DNA of 64,000 nucleotides from the human T2T-CHM13v2.0 reference genome, Homo sapiens (GCF_009914755.1 NC_060927.1); one strand, 5' to 3'; counted from the first letter of the stretch, positions 24,208-42,879 are shown. The notes: a model not told the origin generated them from the letters alone. Translations and numbers: made by a program.

Positions 24208-26248
24208 AGCCACATGTTTCAGAGACAGAAGCACAAACCCTACCCTGCCCTGCCCTGAGGGAGGACATTTGTAGAGAAAAGAGAACACTGGGCCCTGGAT
24301 CCAGGAGGGGCCATCAGGGGGGCAAGAGGTCCACTCCAGTCTGACTTTGGGAGGTCCCAACTGCACTTCTCCTGGCGGTGTGGGCTCCTGCAGGTCCCTA
24401 GGCCTCCCCACGTCTCCATTTCACCTTGCGGGAGTTGAGGCCATGACAGGGCTGCCTCGCAGTTGTGGCGGGGGGGAAGGGACGGCCTGGGCACCATGTG
24501 CTCAGGAAGGTGCCTTAGCCCCGCCATTCCCCCAGCAGGGGCCAGAGGTGGTCTGGCTGAGCAGAAGAGGCAGGGCCGGAGATGGGATGGCCTGACAGGA
24601 GCTGGGGAGGTCTGGGCCCCAGGGATGGCAGGAGTTGTGACAGGCAGGAGTGACCACAGCAGTGGAGCTGCATCAAGGGCCTCCGGGGGGACAGTGGCCT
24701 CCTGGGAAGCAGAGGAAACAGAGTGGAGGCGGCCCCAGCCCCCTGCTCAGAGGCCGGCTGGCGTGCAGCCTTCCTAGGTCTGGACCTCTCTGGGCCTCTG
24801 TTTCCTCGTCTGCAGAATAGAGGAGCAAAATGCTGGCTGCACCAGAAATCCTCCTGGTCAGGGCACGGCTAGGAGGACATGGCCTCCTGCTGCAAACACT
24901 AGATGTGCTCTGCCAGCCGGGAACCTGCCCCTCTGCTGCTGTGAAACGCGAAATCCGTCTGTCTTGTTCTTTTTCCCCGAGGGTTCTGGTCCCTCTGAGG
25001 CTGTAAATCTGAAGCTTGCATCTTTGAAAGTAACTTTTATTTTCTGCCAGAAAGCTTCTGAGAGTTGGCGTTTTTCTCTGAGATCTGTAACAATGCCCCA
25101 GCTGTGGCTGCTGCTGAGCTTTCATGTTCAATTTCCTCAGTTCAGAGGAGGGTGCTCTCCAACCCCAGCCGGCTTCTTCACTCCCCTTTGGGATCTTAGC
25201 TGGTAAATTTCAACCATGTGTTTTGCCCTAAAGGGGAAGTCCTCTGCCAGCTGTCTGGAGGGCCATCCTTCCCATTCATATCCCACTCCTGGTGCATCTG
25301 GAGTCTTTGTCAAGTTCATCTCCCATGTTCACAAATCCATCAGTTTTCCCAGTGTTGTGGCTTAACTCTGTGGGTGTTTCTTTTCATCCTCCCTACCCAT
25401 GTGCAATGGGTTTGAGGCCTTCTTTTCTCTAAGTAATGAGATCCATCATCTTCTGATACTTGCTTCTGACTCATGCAGCATAGGTGTTCCTAGCAAAGAA
25501 AGAAGTGTTTTTTCTTTGCTCTCATTGAATTGTTTCCCTGATAAACACCTGTGTGCCAGGCACTATATCATGCCCTGAGGTATGCCTTTCCCAAATGACT
25601 TCATCAGTGTTTGTGGCTTTTATTTTATCTGTTGGGTAGCGACTTCCAAATTTCTGACTCCTGCCAGGATCTGCCAGCTGAATTCCAATCACGGATCCAG
25701 CCACGTGTCTGCTACCTCTGCATGGGTTTCTCTCAGGCACTCTCCCACCCCAGCAGCCTCACCCCTAATATTTGTGGAACTCAGGCCAAGAGTAAAATGG
25801 AGTCTACTGCCCTTCCCTTCCTGCCCTGGACACATTCAGGTCTAAGGCCTCACTCACACATTTGCGGACACCCAGGCTGAGTCCATGCTATGTCCACATC
25901 CCCACCACACTCAGGCAGACAGCACCCCTTGGCTTCTCTTGGGCTTAAGCGGGTGCAGACTCCAATACTGGGGATGAGTGGCAAAGGCTTGTGCGATCTT
26001 GAAGCCAGGTTCCCAGTTGTCTGCATAGGAGACTCTGGAGTCCAGAAACCCAGGACTTCATCTCCAACACTCTCATCTCCTGATCCCATGCCTGATGCAT
26101 GGCCTTCTCCTGCAAATTCTCCTTTACCTCTTCCCTCCCCAGTGCCTCCGTCTTTGTCCCAGTCCTCTCCTCCTCAACCGGACCACAGAGTAGTGGCTTC
26201 CATATCTACCGTTGTCCTCTCCAATTTGCTTGGATTTTTGTAATGTTA

Positions 26249-26780
<532 letters not shown>

Positions 26781-26849
26781 TCACCACATCCTTCCTCTTG
26801 CTCTGCTCCAGCCCCATGGGCCAGGGAAGATGCAGTCTGTCCTTAATTC

Positions 26850-27280
26850 CATGAAGCTCCTCCTGTGCAGACATGGAGTCTTCCATCCCCTGGATCCGGG
26901 CTGGCCTGTGACTTGCTTTGGTCCACAGCTTGTGGCAGAAGCTATGTTGAACCCCTCTGAGCCTGGGTCTCAAGGCTTTGCCACTTCCACCCTCACACCG
27001 AAGACCCCTGCCCAGCTGTGTGTGACAAGCCCATGGGGGAGGAGAGACCATGTGGAACAGAGACAGGCCATGCCAACTAAGGCTCTCCAAGGCCACTCAG
27101 CTCTGCCGACTGGTGGCTGACCTCAGACACGTGGGCCAGGGCCAGGCCCAGCCCAGCAGAACAATGTCTCAGCTGAGGCCAGCCCAAATTGCCAATCCAC
27201 AGAATCGTGAGCAAAACCAATGGTTGTTGTTCTAAGCGCTATATTTTCAAGTGTTTTCTTCCAGAGCAAAACTTGACTGA
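26850..27280. mobile_element. MLT1-type MaLR LTR remnant
   Basis: ctggcctgtgacttgctttgg...cagcccaaattgcc...cagaatcgtgagc. Confidence 0.6.
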
Positions 27281-28202
27281 CTCTTTCCTGTTGTTCTTCA
27301 GGCTCGCCAAGGCCTCCCCTACCACTGGGATGTCACTCTTGCACCTTCCCTTCTAGAGTTCGCTATACCCAGATCTTGCCAGGCCAGCTCTTTAACTGGC
27401 TTTCAGACTTCACCTTCAACAGCTGCTCTTTAGAAGGCCATCTCTGACCTCCCTTTAGGTAAGTCTCATTTTGTTTCCTCATGCTCCCTCTGTGAGGGGA
27501 GAACGTGCAGCCAGCAGCTCAGTGTGCAGGGTCTCCTGTGCAGAGAAGCCCTTTTCTCACTCACCTTCTCATTTCTCTGCCTGATTACCATCTCGCTCCC
27601 TTGCTGGGCTATAAGCTCCCTGGGGGCAGAGGCCATGTCTCTGCTCACTGTCACACCCCAGCCCCTTCTACCGTGCCTGGCACATAGGAGGAGCTCCATG
27701 AATGTTTGCTGAGTGAGGAACTGACTGAACTGAAGATCTACATCTGAGTCATCTTTTTCACCAACACCTAGCCCTTGCAACATGCAGGATATGTTAGTTC
27801 AGGGTGGGATGCATGGGTCAGTTGAAGCCCTGCTGAGTAACAAATAGGGCCACAGGCCAGGAAACAAAAACTATCCAGAGCCCATGGCTCTGGTCCCTCC
27901 TAGGCAGCTCTGTCCTTCCAGGTGCTAGGGCCAAAATCATCACTGGGTCCTCGTTGACTCCTCTGTCTTATAAACTGCATCTAGCAAATCGTTCACAACA
28001 TAGCTAGGGTTTGGTCACTTTCCCTCACCTCTACAGCCCCCCTCCCTGCTTCAGGTCACTGTCACCCTTCTCCTAGACCATTGCAGTCGCCTTCCACCAG
28101 GCACATGATGCTCCCTGCATCAGGTTAGCTCCCTGTGTCTACCCTGCTTTCCTGTCTCTTCTCAACCCAACAGCCACAGTGACCCTTCAAAACTATGAGT
28201 GA

Positions 28203-28500
28203 GGCTGGGCACAGTGGCTCATGGCTGTAATCCGAGCACTTTAGGAGGCTGAGGCAGGAGGATTACTTTAGGCTAGGAGTTTGAGACCACCCTGGGTAAC
28301 ATAGCAACACCCCATCTCTAAAAATTTTCTTAATTAACCAGTTGCATGGTGGCATGTGCCTCTAGTCCCAGGTACTCTGGAGGCTGAGATAGGAGGATCA
28401 CAGGAGTTTGAGGCTGCAGTGAGCTGTGATCACATCACTGCATCCCAGCCTGGGCCAAAGAGACAGACCCTCTCCCAGAAAAAAAACAAAACAAACCAAA
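28203..28500 (+). mobile_element. AluJ element with TSD
   Basis: Diverged Alu flanked by AAAACTATGAGTGA on both sides. Confidence 0.92.
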
Positions 28501-30215
28501 AAACTATGAGTGAGATCCTGCCCCTATGAGTGTTCTCCCTTTCCCTGGGGAGTGAGGAGCATGGCAGTGGCCAGCGACCCTGTGGGCTCTGGGCTGCCCA
28601 CCACACTCCCTTCACTGGCTCTGCACCAACCACACTGACCCTGCCCAGTCCCTCGGCCCCGCTCTGGGTCAGGGCTCGCCCTCTTGCTGGCTCTCTGCCC
28701 GGCATCCTCTTCTCCCAGGCAGTGGCTGACCCATGCCCTCTCCTCCTTCAGGTCCCTGTGCCCCGGGAGACCCCGTGGCCACTCTGTAAAATAGAACGCC
28801 CCACCACCCAGGCGGCTACAGCCCCTGGCGGGCCCCTTCTCCCAGCCTGCTGCCTGCAGGACGAGCTGCCTGGGTCTCCCTGCATCAGGTTAGCTCTGTG
28901 AGGGACGATTCTGCTCTTTTTGTTCCTTGCCGCATTCCCAGCATGCCTGGCCTGGGGGATGCTCCATCTCGCTTTTCCAAATGAGGGAGGAATGATTCTC
29001 ACCTGTGCTTGTGGCCTGCCCCCCATGTTTCTCCCAAAGCCTCCTCTTGCAGCTCAAGCCCCTGCCCACCTCGCTCCACTGCAGGGTCAGGGTAGAGAAG
29101 CACCCGGCAGGTGAGAGGCAGCTCATCCTGGACCCTAGGGCCTTTGCATGCTGGTCCTGGGCTGGCCAGAGTCCCCTTCACAGCAGCCGCACTCTTCTCC
29201 AAGGGACAGACCTCTCTGGCTTCCTCAGAGGTGACAGGGACTGCACAGGGCAACTGTGTTTCTGGGGTCACTAAGCTGGATGTACCCAGGGTCCGGCAAT
29301 CCCTTATCCGATCTGAACTTTGCCACCTCAAGTCTTAGGAACGTGGCTCTCTAGCTCAGCTCCACAAGCGTTCCCAAGTTCTCACTCTCTTCTGGGCTGA
29401 GGAGGAAAAAGCCATCTGTGCTCACAGCCTTTTAGGTGGCTGGGCTCGTCGCCGGCAGAGGAGAGGCATGCATAGGACAGGCCCCACAGCACAGCTCTGG
29501 GGGGCAGCACAGGCAAAAGCATTGCTGGGCAGTGTTCTCCAAGTTCTTGTCACCCCACATCACTAACCAATTCCTCCTCATGGGCTGGGTGAGCCTGGTT
29601 GAAACTATCACCATCCCTCCCTCTACCTTTCAGGAGAGCACACCAGTGAGCTCAGGGCTATCCAAAGTGTCCGGATGGAAACTGGAACAAATGTTAAGGC
29701 ACTGGGGGACAGGGAATCACTCACTCTTTTATATTATTTTTAAGTGTATCTACTAAAAAAAGTCAAGCTTTTAGAGAATTAAAGTCAGTTTTATGTAGAA
29801 GCCTTACTGAGGACTATAGACCGAGGCCTGTAGCTGGGAGCAGCCCTTTTGAAAGGCTCTATCAGGCCATTTCTGCACAGTGATTCTGCGCATGGCTTAT
29901 ACCCAGGTGGTGCAGGTGCAGTATATCCAGACCCATCAGAGTTTGGGTGCAAGAGTATATCTGCTTATAGATAACAGAGGCATAATCACTAAGCTCATCA
30001 GATGTTATGTGAGAAAAAAGGCAAGGACTAGGGTCATTTTCTTTTAAAGAATACAGTGACACAGGCAAGAGACATAGGGGACCATGTGCTCTGCCTTGCT
30101 TTGTCTTCAAAGCATTCTTCCAGAGGGCTGCACTCATCATAGAGGCAAGGGCTTTGTAAAATTCTGCAAAATTTAATTTAAAATTAAAACAAAAATAAAC
30201 AAACACGGCTTCTGA

Positions 30216-30392
<177 letters not shown>

Positions 30393-30479
30393 CTTCACAA
30401 GTGTACTTAGGTTGCATTGAATCCATTCTGACCTCCTTAGATGCAGGGAACGGCCTGCTCACCACCCCATTTCCCCAGG

Positions 30480-30899
30480 GTCTAGTTAGCCAGTAGCTGG
30501 CATACAGAGGGGAGTCCCAGTCATGTTGGCTGCATAACAAAGATGCCAGAACTTAGTAGCTAAAACAATGACAATGTTTATTTTGCTCACAAATCTTCCA
30601 CTTGCATGGGGCTGGGAGGGGATAGCAGATTTCTGCTTTGCTCAGCATCAGCTGAGATGATTCAAAGTCTGGGGGCTGACATTACCTAAGAGATTGCTCA
30701 TTCACTTGTCTGGGAATCGATGCTGACTGTGGGCTGAGACCTTAGCTGGGATTTTTAGCCAGGACACCACATGTGGCCCCTCCATGTGGCCAGGGCTTCC
30801 TCACTACATGGAGGCTGGTTTCCAAGGTAAAGCTTCCCAAGAGAACACCAGGAGGAAGCCATATCACCTTTTATGGTCTAGCCTTGAAAGTCATGCAGC
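30480..30899. mobile_element. MLT1-type MaLR LTR, split by the L1; continues at about 33596-33770
   Basis: gctgcataacaaa...cttagtagctaaaacaa...tttattttgctcac and ccacatgtggcccctccatgtggc motifs. Confidence 0.6.
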
Positions 30900-33582
<2,683 letters not shown>

Positions 33583-34142
33583 GAAAGTCACGCAGCTTCA
33601 CTTCTGCCACCTTGTGTGTGTCGAGGCAGTTCCAAAGACCCACCCAGATCAAGGGCATGGGAAACAGTCTCTGCGTCCTAATGGAGAATAACAAGTTTCG
33701 GAAAGAGCATGCAGGACTGGACATACTGCTTTGGCTATTTGTGGAAAACACTATCTGTCACAAACAGCTCTAAAATACCTTCAACATCCCAGGGACAAAC
33801 TTATTCCAAACTAGAATCCTGTGCCCAGCTAATCCGCCAAGCAGGAGAACTTCTAGACATGCTGCCTCTCTAAAGTTTACCTCCTGCGATTCTCTTTCAG
33901 AAAGTTACTCAAAGAATGATCCACTAAAATATAAAAGTAAGTCAAGGAAGCAAAAGACACTTCCTTGCATGAATCTAACACAAGGAGGGGAAGGGAGGTC
34001 CTATGATGGCAATTATACAAGAAGCCGAAAAAATTGATCAGTCAAGATGAGAGCGGGAGGGAGGGCAGATGCAGGCGGGATATCTGCAGGAAAACAAACA
34101 TATTTATGGCACTGATGGAATTATCTGTGTGTTTGTTTGTTA

Positions 34143-34553
<411 letters not shown>

Positions 34554-34647
34554 TCAAACAAAATAGGACCCAGACACAGGCCTATGTATCCATAGATGCT
34601 TAATATATGGCACCAATAAAAGTGCATACCAGAGGACAAAGGATACA

Positions 34648-34953
34648 TTTTTTCTTTTTTCTTTTTTTTTTTGAGATGGAATCTCACTCTGTTGCCCAGG
34701 CTGGAGTGCAGTGGTGCAATCTTGGCTTACTGCAACCTTTGCCTTTCGGATTCAAGCGATCTTCATGCCTCAGCCTCCTGAGTAGCTGGGATTACAGGCA
34801 TGTGCTGCCACGCCTGGCTAATTTCTATATTTTTTGTAGAGACAGGTCTCGCCATGTTGGCCAGGCTCGTTGCAAACTCCTGGCTTCAAGTGATCTGCCC
34901 ACCTCAGTCTCCCAAAGTGCTGGGATTACAGGTGTGAACCACAGCGCCTGGCC
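34648..34953 (-). mobile_element. Alu (S/J-type), antisense
   Basis: T-run followed by gagatggaatctcactctgttgcccagg... Confidence 0.94.
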
Positions 34954-34959
34954 CCAGGA

Positions 34960-35815
34960 TAGACTTTTTTATATATGATAGGCAATTGCTTATCCAAATG
35001 GAGAAAAAGTGAAATTAACCTTCTGTCTCACACTATGCACAAAAGTAATTTCCAAGTGAATTAAAGACCAAACTATAAAAGGCAAATCGGTAAGGTTTTT
35101 GGAAAATGAAGATATGTATCTGACAAAGGACAAGTATCCGCAGGACATAAAGCACTCTTGCAAATTAGCAGGGCAAAGACAAATAACCCAATAGGAAGTG
35201 CATAAGACTTCAAGAGACACTTCACAAAAGAGGAAAGCTGAAAGCTAATAAGCAGGTGGGAAGATGTTTGGCCTTATTGTCAACAGGGACATGCAAATTA
35301 AAGCCACAATGAGATAGGACTCTCCTAAAAGACTGGCAAAAATTAAAAGCCTTGGCAATAGAGTGTTGGCAAGGAAGTAGATAAAAGTCCCCGCTGGTGA
35401 AGTGTAATAGGTACAACCAGTTTGGAAGACAGTGTGGCGTTATCTAGTAACACTGAACACATGTACCTCTGATGACCCAGCAGGTCCACTCAAGAATGTG
35501 TGCCCAAGAAAAATCCTTCTTTCTGTGGATCAGGAGACATGTACACCATTGGTTTTAGAAGCATTGTTTTTAAAAAGGAAAAAACTGGACACAAGTCAAT
35601 GTCATCAACAGTAAAAGGAACAAATAAATTTTGCTGTATTGGTACAATGCAATCCTACTATGCAGCAATAATGAAGGATCAGCCCCAGGCACATGCATCC
35701 ATGTGGATGGATTTCACAACGCTGAGCAGAAGCAGCCAGTCCCTGGAGAGTAAGGGCAAATGATTCCATTCCATGAAGGTTTGCCAGTAAGAAAAGCCAA
35801 GCAAGTTGCTGTTGA
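34960..35815 (+). mobile_element. Old L1M ORF2 end/3' fragments
   Basis: atgcaaattaaagccacaatgagata...gtgttggcaagga...tacaaccagtttggaagacagtgtggc. Confidence 0.65.
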
Positions 35816-35829
35816 AGAATACATACATG

Positions 35830-36287
<458 letters not shown>

Positions 36288-36348
36288 TCAATTTATGTTT
36301 GGGTTTGCAGTTGGTTCACATTGGGGTTGGGTGAAAGCTTGTTGCTAT

Positions 36349-36669
<321 letters not shown>

Positions 36670-36888
36670 TTACCAGGTGCTCTAATTAGCATCCTGTTAG
36701 TAACGGGTTTTGCACTAAAAGACCTTATTAGAGTTGGGGTGGACACCTTGGGTTAGGGTTTGGGGAAGATTGGGTTCAAAATGTGAGCCTGAATCAGGAT
36801 TTGGAATAAATTTGGATCTGATGAAGCCAAGGCTGGGGTGGGGCTGGATTTGAAGTCGGATGTGGTTGGTGGCGGGGGGTGGGGGGAG

Positions 36889-37190
36889 GTGTCACTCCTG
36901 TAATCCCAGCCCTTTGGGACTTGCCAAGGTGAAAGGATCACTTGAGCTCAGGAGTTCAAGACCAGCCTGGACAACATAGCTAGACCCTGTCTCTACAAAA
37001 AAATGCAAAAATTAGTCAGGTGTGGTGGCATGCCTGTGGTGGCATGCCTGTGGTGGCCCTAGTTACTTAGGAGGCTGAGGCAGGACGATCGCCTGAGTCA
37101 CGGAGGTTGAGGCTGCAGTGAGCCGAGATCACACCACTGCACTCCAGCCTGGGCCACAGAGCAAGACCCTGTCTCAAACAAAACACACAA
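36889..37190 (+). mobile_element. AluJ-type, slightly 5'-truncated, with internal GTGGTGGCATGCCT duplication
   Basis: Diverged Alu consensus. Confidence 0.88.
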
Positions 37191-37255
37191 ATCTCAATTA
37201 TGCATAAAATCAGGCTGAAGGTTTGAAATCAGGCAGGGTTAGAAGTGTGAGAGTG

Positions 37256-37644
<389 letters not shown>

Positions 37645-37679
37645 TCAAGGAAGGGACACTGGGGCCTGTGGAGGGGTCT

Positions 37680-38160
37680 CTGGCCCCTCCGGCGCCCCTT
37701 TGGTACCGCGCCCCGCCTGCGAGCTAGGAACTGTGGGGACCCGGCAGCGGGCGAGCGAGCCCAGGTCGCGGCAGCACTGCCTGCGCGGTCGTCTTGACGC
37801 CTGACCAGGGCCGGTTTTCAACTTGTTTACAAGCCTGCGTCACCGGGAACCTTTCACCGCCGCCTGGGACAAAAGGTTCCTCTTTGTAAGTCCCTTCTGG
37901 GCAGAAAGGGGATTCGCCGCCCGGCGCGCTGACGGTGCGGGGCGCCACGCCGTGGCGGATGCGGACAGCGCGCGGCCGGTTCGCCCGTCTGCCCCCTAGC
38001 GCCCTGCTCTTCCCGCCGAGCGCGTAGTCTGCCCATAGCCTCGGCCACCAGCCCCCTTTACATCGTCCACCCACCCACAGCGTCCTGCCGTCCACGCCTC
38101 GCCCACCCACGGGTTCCCCGCAGTCCGTGCCTCGTCCACCCACTCACTCATCTGCGCGTG
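37680..38160. promoter_or_regulatory. Orphan CpG island with a CTCF-like motif (37989-38002, minus strand GCGCTAGGGGGCAG)
   Basis: High CpG density in non-repeat sequence; close match to the CTCF core consensus. Confidence 0.7.
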
Positions 38161-39380
38161 GCTCAAACAGGCATGCCTTGTCCACTCCCTCCACAGGAAT
38201 TTCCTCCTTTCATGGAAACAACTTGCCCTCCCGTCCACCGTCCACTCCATTCCCCATTCACTGTCCATTGACTCATTTGAGGAACTATCCTATGAACACC
38301 TTCCAGGTGCTACGCGTTGCGGTCAGCAGGTCACAGGACACAGCTCCTGTCCTCTCGGACCTCCAGGACAGCAGAGGAGACACCAGCAGAGGTCCTCGTG
38401 AAGTGATCATGGCTCTGGGGGCAAAAAGAGGACATATCAGCCGAGACTTGGGCGCAGGGGTGGCGAGGCTGGGGCTGAGACGGAAAGACTGGCTGCGGAA
38501 GAGATGGGAGGAGGACAGGGGCTAGGCCCTTGGCAGGGGCTCGGCAGAGGGGAAAGCCTGGAAACCAAGTGGGCTCCAGGCAGAGGGCACCGAGGGGCCG
38601 CAGGAAGAGGCCAGACCCGAAAGTCCTCGTCAACAGCGCCACAGAGCTCGGGCATCACCCGGGGTCACGGTGCCCCCCAGCAATTTCTTCTACTTTTCAC
38701 TGTTTTGTTATTATAGAAGTAATACATGTCTACAACTTCATTGTAAAGAAAAATGAGAGCGAGCAATAGGAAAAAAATAATCAGCCATAATCTCGCCTCG
38801 CAGACATAGTTTTCGGTGTATGTGCACATACGCGGTTTCCCCAGGCATCCGCTGGAGAGCGGCGCTCCTGGGCTAGATGACGAGGGAACCCAGAGCGAGC
38901 TGCCTACCTCAGGGCTTGCAGACACCTGGGTGGGGATGTCATGGAGTGGGTGCTATGGCCAAGCCAGAATCCATTCAGATCCCCCCATCCCTTTCCCTAA
39001 CACAACGGATGCCGTCCAGGCACCAGCCCTATGGCACCGGGATGGGGCCTCCCACAGAGTCCCCAGCTTCTATCCCTGGCAGCGATTAGTTTAGGCATGC
39101 AGTTTTTTGGCTAAGATATGAGGAGAGGTGTTCTGAGGGGCTACTCATGAGAAATTTCTTTGTAAGTCATTTCTGGTGAAGCTTTCTGTTTCTTGAAGCA
39201 AAATACAACCTAAATGATATCTGAAACTAGTGTAAAGACTACCTTCCCCGGGCTCCTGGGGCTAAATCACGCCCTCCCGGGGAGCACCCCTGATGCTCAC
39301 ATCTCCTACCCTTCCTCCTGTATCTGGATCCCACCCTAGCCTCCTCAGCACCATGGTCCCTCCAGCTTGCCTTCTGCCTC

Positions 39381-39425
39381 TACACACACTCTCTCTCTGT
39401 CTCTCTCTCTCTCTCTCTGTATGTC
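39381..39425. repeat. Short (CA)/(CT)n compound microsatellite
   Basis: acacacact ctctctctgtctctctctctctctctctgt. Confidence 0.85.
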
Positions 39426-42226
39426 TCTTTCATTTCCTCTACGCCCACAACCTGGTCTAGTCTCAACCCCTCTTCCTGGCTGGCTGACCACAGTCCCCTA
39501 ACCACCTGGGACCTGCACCCCACCCCCACCTGTGGAGACCACGCCCAGGAGCACACCTGGGAACCAGGCCAGTGCCATGCAGTTTTCTCACCTGCCATGC
39601 TGCATGCCCCAGCATCCTGCCTTCTGAACTGTGGCACTGGGGGTCTGGCTTTAATGACCTAGCCTCCACCAGAGCTGCAGGGAAGACCAGGGTCATTTCT
39701 CCAGGCCCACTGTGGGTCTGCACACCCATAAGGGAGCAAGATAGAGCCACTGCCAGGACCCTCAAAAGTGCTGTCCAGGGCACTTTCTCCTCTTCCTCGT
39801 CACCCATCCATCTCAGTCCCCCAGGAGATCCTGAAACTGCTCACACCAAGGTCAACCGATTTGTTGGCAAATCCAATGAACACTCTTCAGTCCCTCTCAC
39901 TTGGCCACTCAAGAGCACTTGGCAATGTGGACCCCTTTCTTCTTCTCCTTTTGAAAATATTTATTGAGATATAATTTACATATCTAAACTTCACCCACTT
40001 AAAGTGCATTTTACTATATTCAGAGTAAATCTAATGTTCACCATAGTCTAATTTTAGAACACTTTCATCACCCTAAAGAGCAAAATCCCATCTCCATTAG
40101 CCACCACTGCCCATTTGCCTGTTTCCCCAATTCCATCTAGGCGCCTTCATAGGATATGTGGTCTCTTGTGACCACATATGAGCCCAGTCTTACTCTGGGC
40201 TCCAAGACCTTCTTTTTTATTCCACTAGCACTGTTTCTCTGACACTGTGGTCAAATGTGATATGCCTGGGATGTGGATGCCAAAAGTCATCCCTGTTTTT
40301 TCCTAGACTCCAATCAAATTATCCATCCATCTGAGCTGGCAGGAAAGCAATCTGATTAATGTGATTGCTCACAAAATATAAAAAGCATGCCAGGCTAGAG
40401 CACCTGGCAGGCACTGGTTGGGGACACGTTCCCAGAGAGGGAGGGGGGATGGGGCTTCAGACACTCTTTAAGGACTTTGCAGCTTTCCCCTGAAACATGG
40501 TCCTGCAGGCCACAACCCATGCAGGGGCTCCTAGGTCAGTGTAAGTAGTGCAAAGAGCTCATATCACTGCCCTCCCTGTGGAAAGCCCTTGACTCACCGT
40601 GAAGCACGGTAGACATGGCTGTCATTCTCCATAACCTACCACCTCTCAGCAAAAGGAAAACCCCCATGTGAGAGATCTGGGCATCTAAGGCATTTTACCT
40701 TGAAGGTGACTCTCCAATCCAGCCTGGCCTGCTGTGCTGTAGAACAACGGTGAGACCAGGTGCTGCAGGAAAGAAACACAAGCTGCTCTCTCAGGCTTTG
40801 TCGTTCTGGTAGACCTCTGAATACCCTGTCTGGGTACAGGACTACTCCTGACCCCCCTGGTTTCTGAGTCCCTCCTTCCACGGCAGAAGCCAAAGATCTT
40901 GTGTGGAAGGCGGGAGGTGCAGGCAGGCGATCCAGGTGCTGCCTACCGGTCAGGAGTGCATAGCAGACTTCGGATCACAGCATGTTCTCTGCCAGAACGC
41001 GCCTACGATGGCTTTGGGCTCCGCTCCAGGCTACAGCATCTCCCAGCTTGATTCCCTATCGTCCTACAGAGTCTGGGGGCACCCCCATGTCCTTTTCTCC
41101 CCCAAGTGGCTATAGTTGCTTTCTGTTGTTTATTCCCGAGAGCCCAGACTGATATACCTTCTTTGAGGAGGAAAATATGAAATATGAAATACGAATTTCT
41201 CCTTTAAGAAGATTGTTAGCTTTTCCCAAAATGTTTGATTATGAACATTTTCAAGCTTCAAACATACAGAAATGTTGGAAGGATTTTGAAGCAGACATCC
41301 ACATGCCCACTGCCTGGGCTGGACAGCTCACAGGCCACTACGATTCACCACACAGCCAGCCAGCCACCATTGCTCCACCAATCATGCATCTGATTTTAAA
41401 AATTAGCTTTTAATCAGCAAATGGTATTTCTAGTTAGACCTGTTAGGCTAAGACTAAAAGTTCCAAATCAGGTCACGTTTTCTAGGTGGTTTTCTTTCTA
41501 ACCTTGTAAGCTACCAAGAGCAAAAACAAAGGCCAGAACACACAAACTGACAGATAACTTGCCTTTATTATGAAGTACACCTTTGGACTTGTGGGGTTTT
41601 TTTCCCAAAGCTTGTGCATCATTGTCTGGGATAACTGCATAAAATGGAAGGACGATTCCTGGTGAGAGGCAGTGTGTTCTAGGTAAGAGCAAAGCTGGAA
41701 TCCGCTGTCTCACTGTGTCCCTGCTCTGTCCACACCGGCAACTCATGCAAAGGCAGGGTGATCATGCAGGTGAAATGGGTGGATTGGTGTCAAGTGCGTG
41801 GAACAGTACCTGGCACATAGAAAACACTCTGTAAGGTTCATGGGGAGATTCACGACTGTTCATAAACTGATCTGTTGATGACAATGAATGGGCAGGAGCC
41901 TGGGTACCTTTGTTCTCTTTGGGTCACTTATGTTCTAGCTTCCTAAAAGTCTCATTAGAGCACCTTGTATTCAGATAAACCATTTCAAAAACACTTACTT
42001 TTCTACTTGAGTCACCAGTTTATGAAGTGCTTCTTGTGGTTTGCTAAAACCTAAATCGGAGGGACAGGTTTTTGTTCTGCTTTGATGGTTTGTAGGGAGA
42101 TAAGGCTGCAGAGGTAGGCTGGGGCCGGGTCATTGAGGACTTTGAATGTCAGTGTAAGGAGCCTCTCTCCTAAGGGTAAAGGGACAACTTGTCTTTCAGC
42201 ACATTTGACAATAGCAGCTGTAACGA

Positions 42227-42305
42227 ACACACACGTGCACACATGCACACACACACACTACATGTGCACACATGTGCACATGCACACATGCACAAATCAC
42301 ATATG
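42227..42305. repeat. Degenerate alternating purine/pyrimidine (CA/TG) tract
   Basis: acacacacgtgcacacatgcacacacacacactacatgtgcacacatgtgcacatgcacacatgcac. Confidence 0.85.
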
Positions 42306-42879
42306 TGGCTTAACACAATACAACATTCTTCCTCCCTTGTGCAAAGCCCACTGTGGATATTGCAAGTTGGGACACTATTCTACCAGCGAAGATTCAGGGA
42401 TCCCTGCTCCTTCCATCTTGGGAGCTCCTCCTCACTCCCACCCCCAGCTCCAATGGAGTTCCTGTTGTGGATGTGGTCTTCCCACCCACTACACCGGCCT
42501 TAGGCAGAGCCTGGCACAGCTGGGATCCTCACTGGGACTACATTGCTGGGCTGCAGACTGCTCCAGAGTCCCCCCAGAAGCCCCTAAATGTCCCTGAAAA
42601 GATGAGTCACTGACTGTGCTTTCAGCTCCAAGCAGCCTTTATCAATCTCTCAATCCCCATAGATACTGGGAAAATCTAGGAACATGTTCAGAACTCAAAG
42701 AGGGGTCTTCTGCTGCTGCTTTTTGTGGGGAGACAGGATCCCTGAGCTGGGGGACCAGACATCCTGGTGCCCCTGGCTTCAAGCAGCTGGTGGATCTGCA
42801 CGCTCAAAACTTGCCCTGGTCTGTATGGCCTCATCCTCTCGCTTGTCCCACTATGATGGATCTCGCTCGCTCCGTAGAG

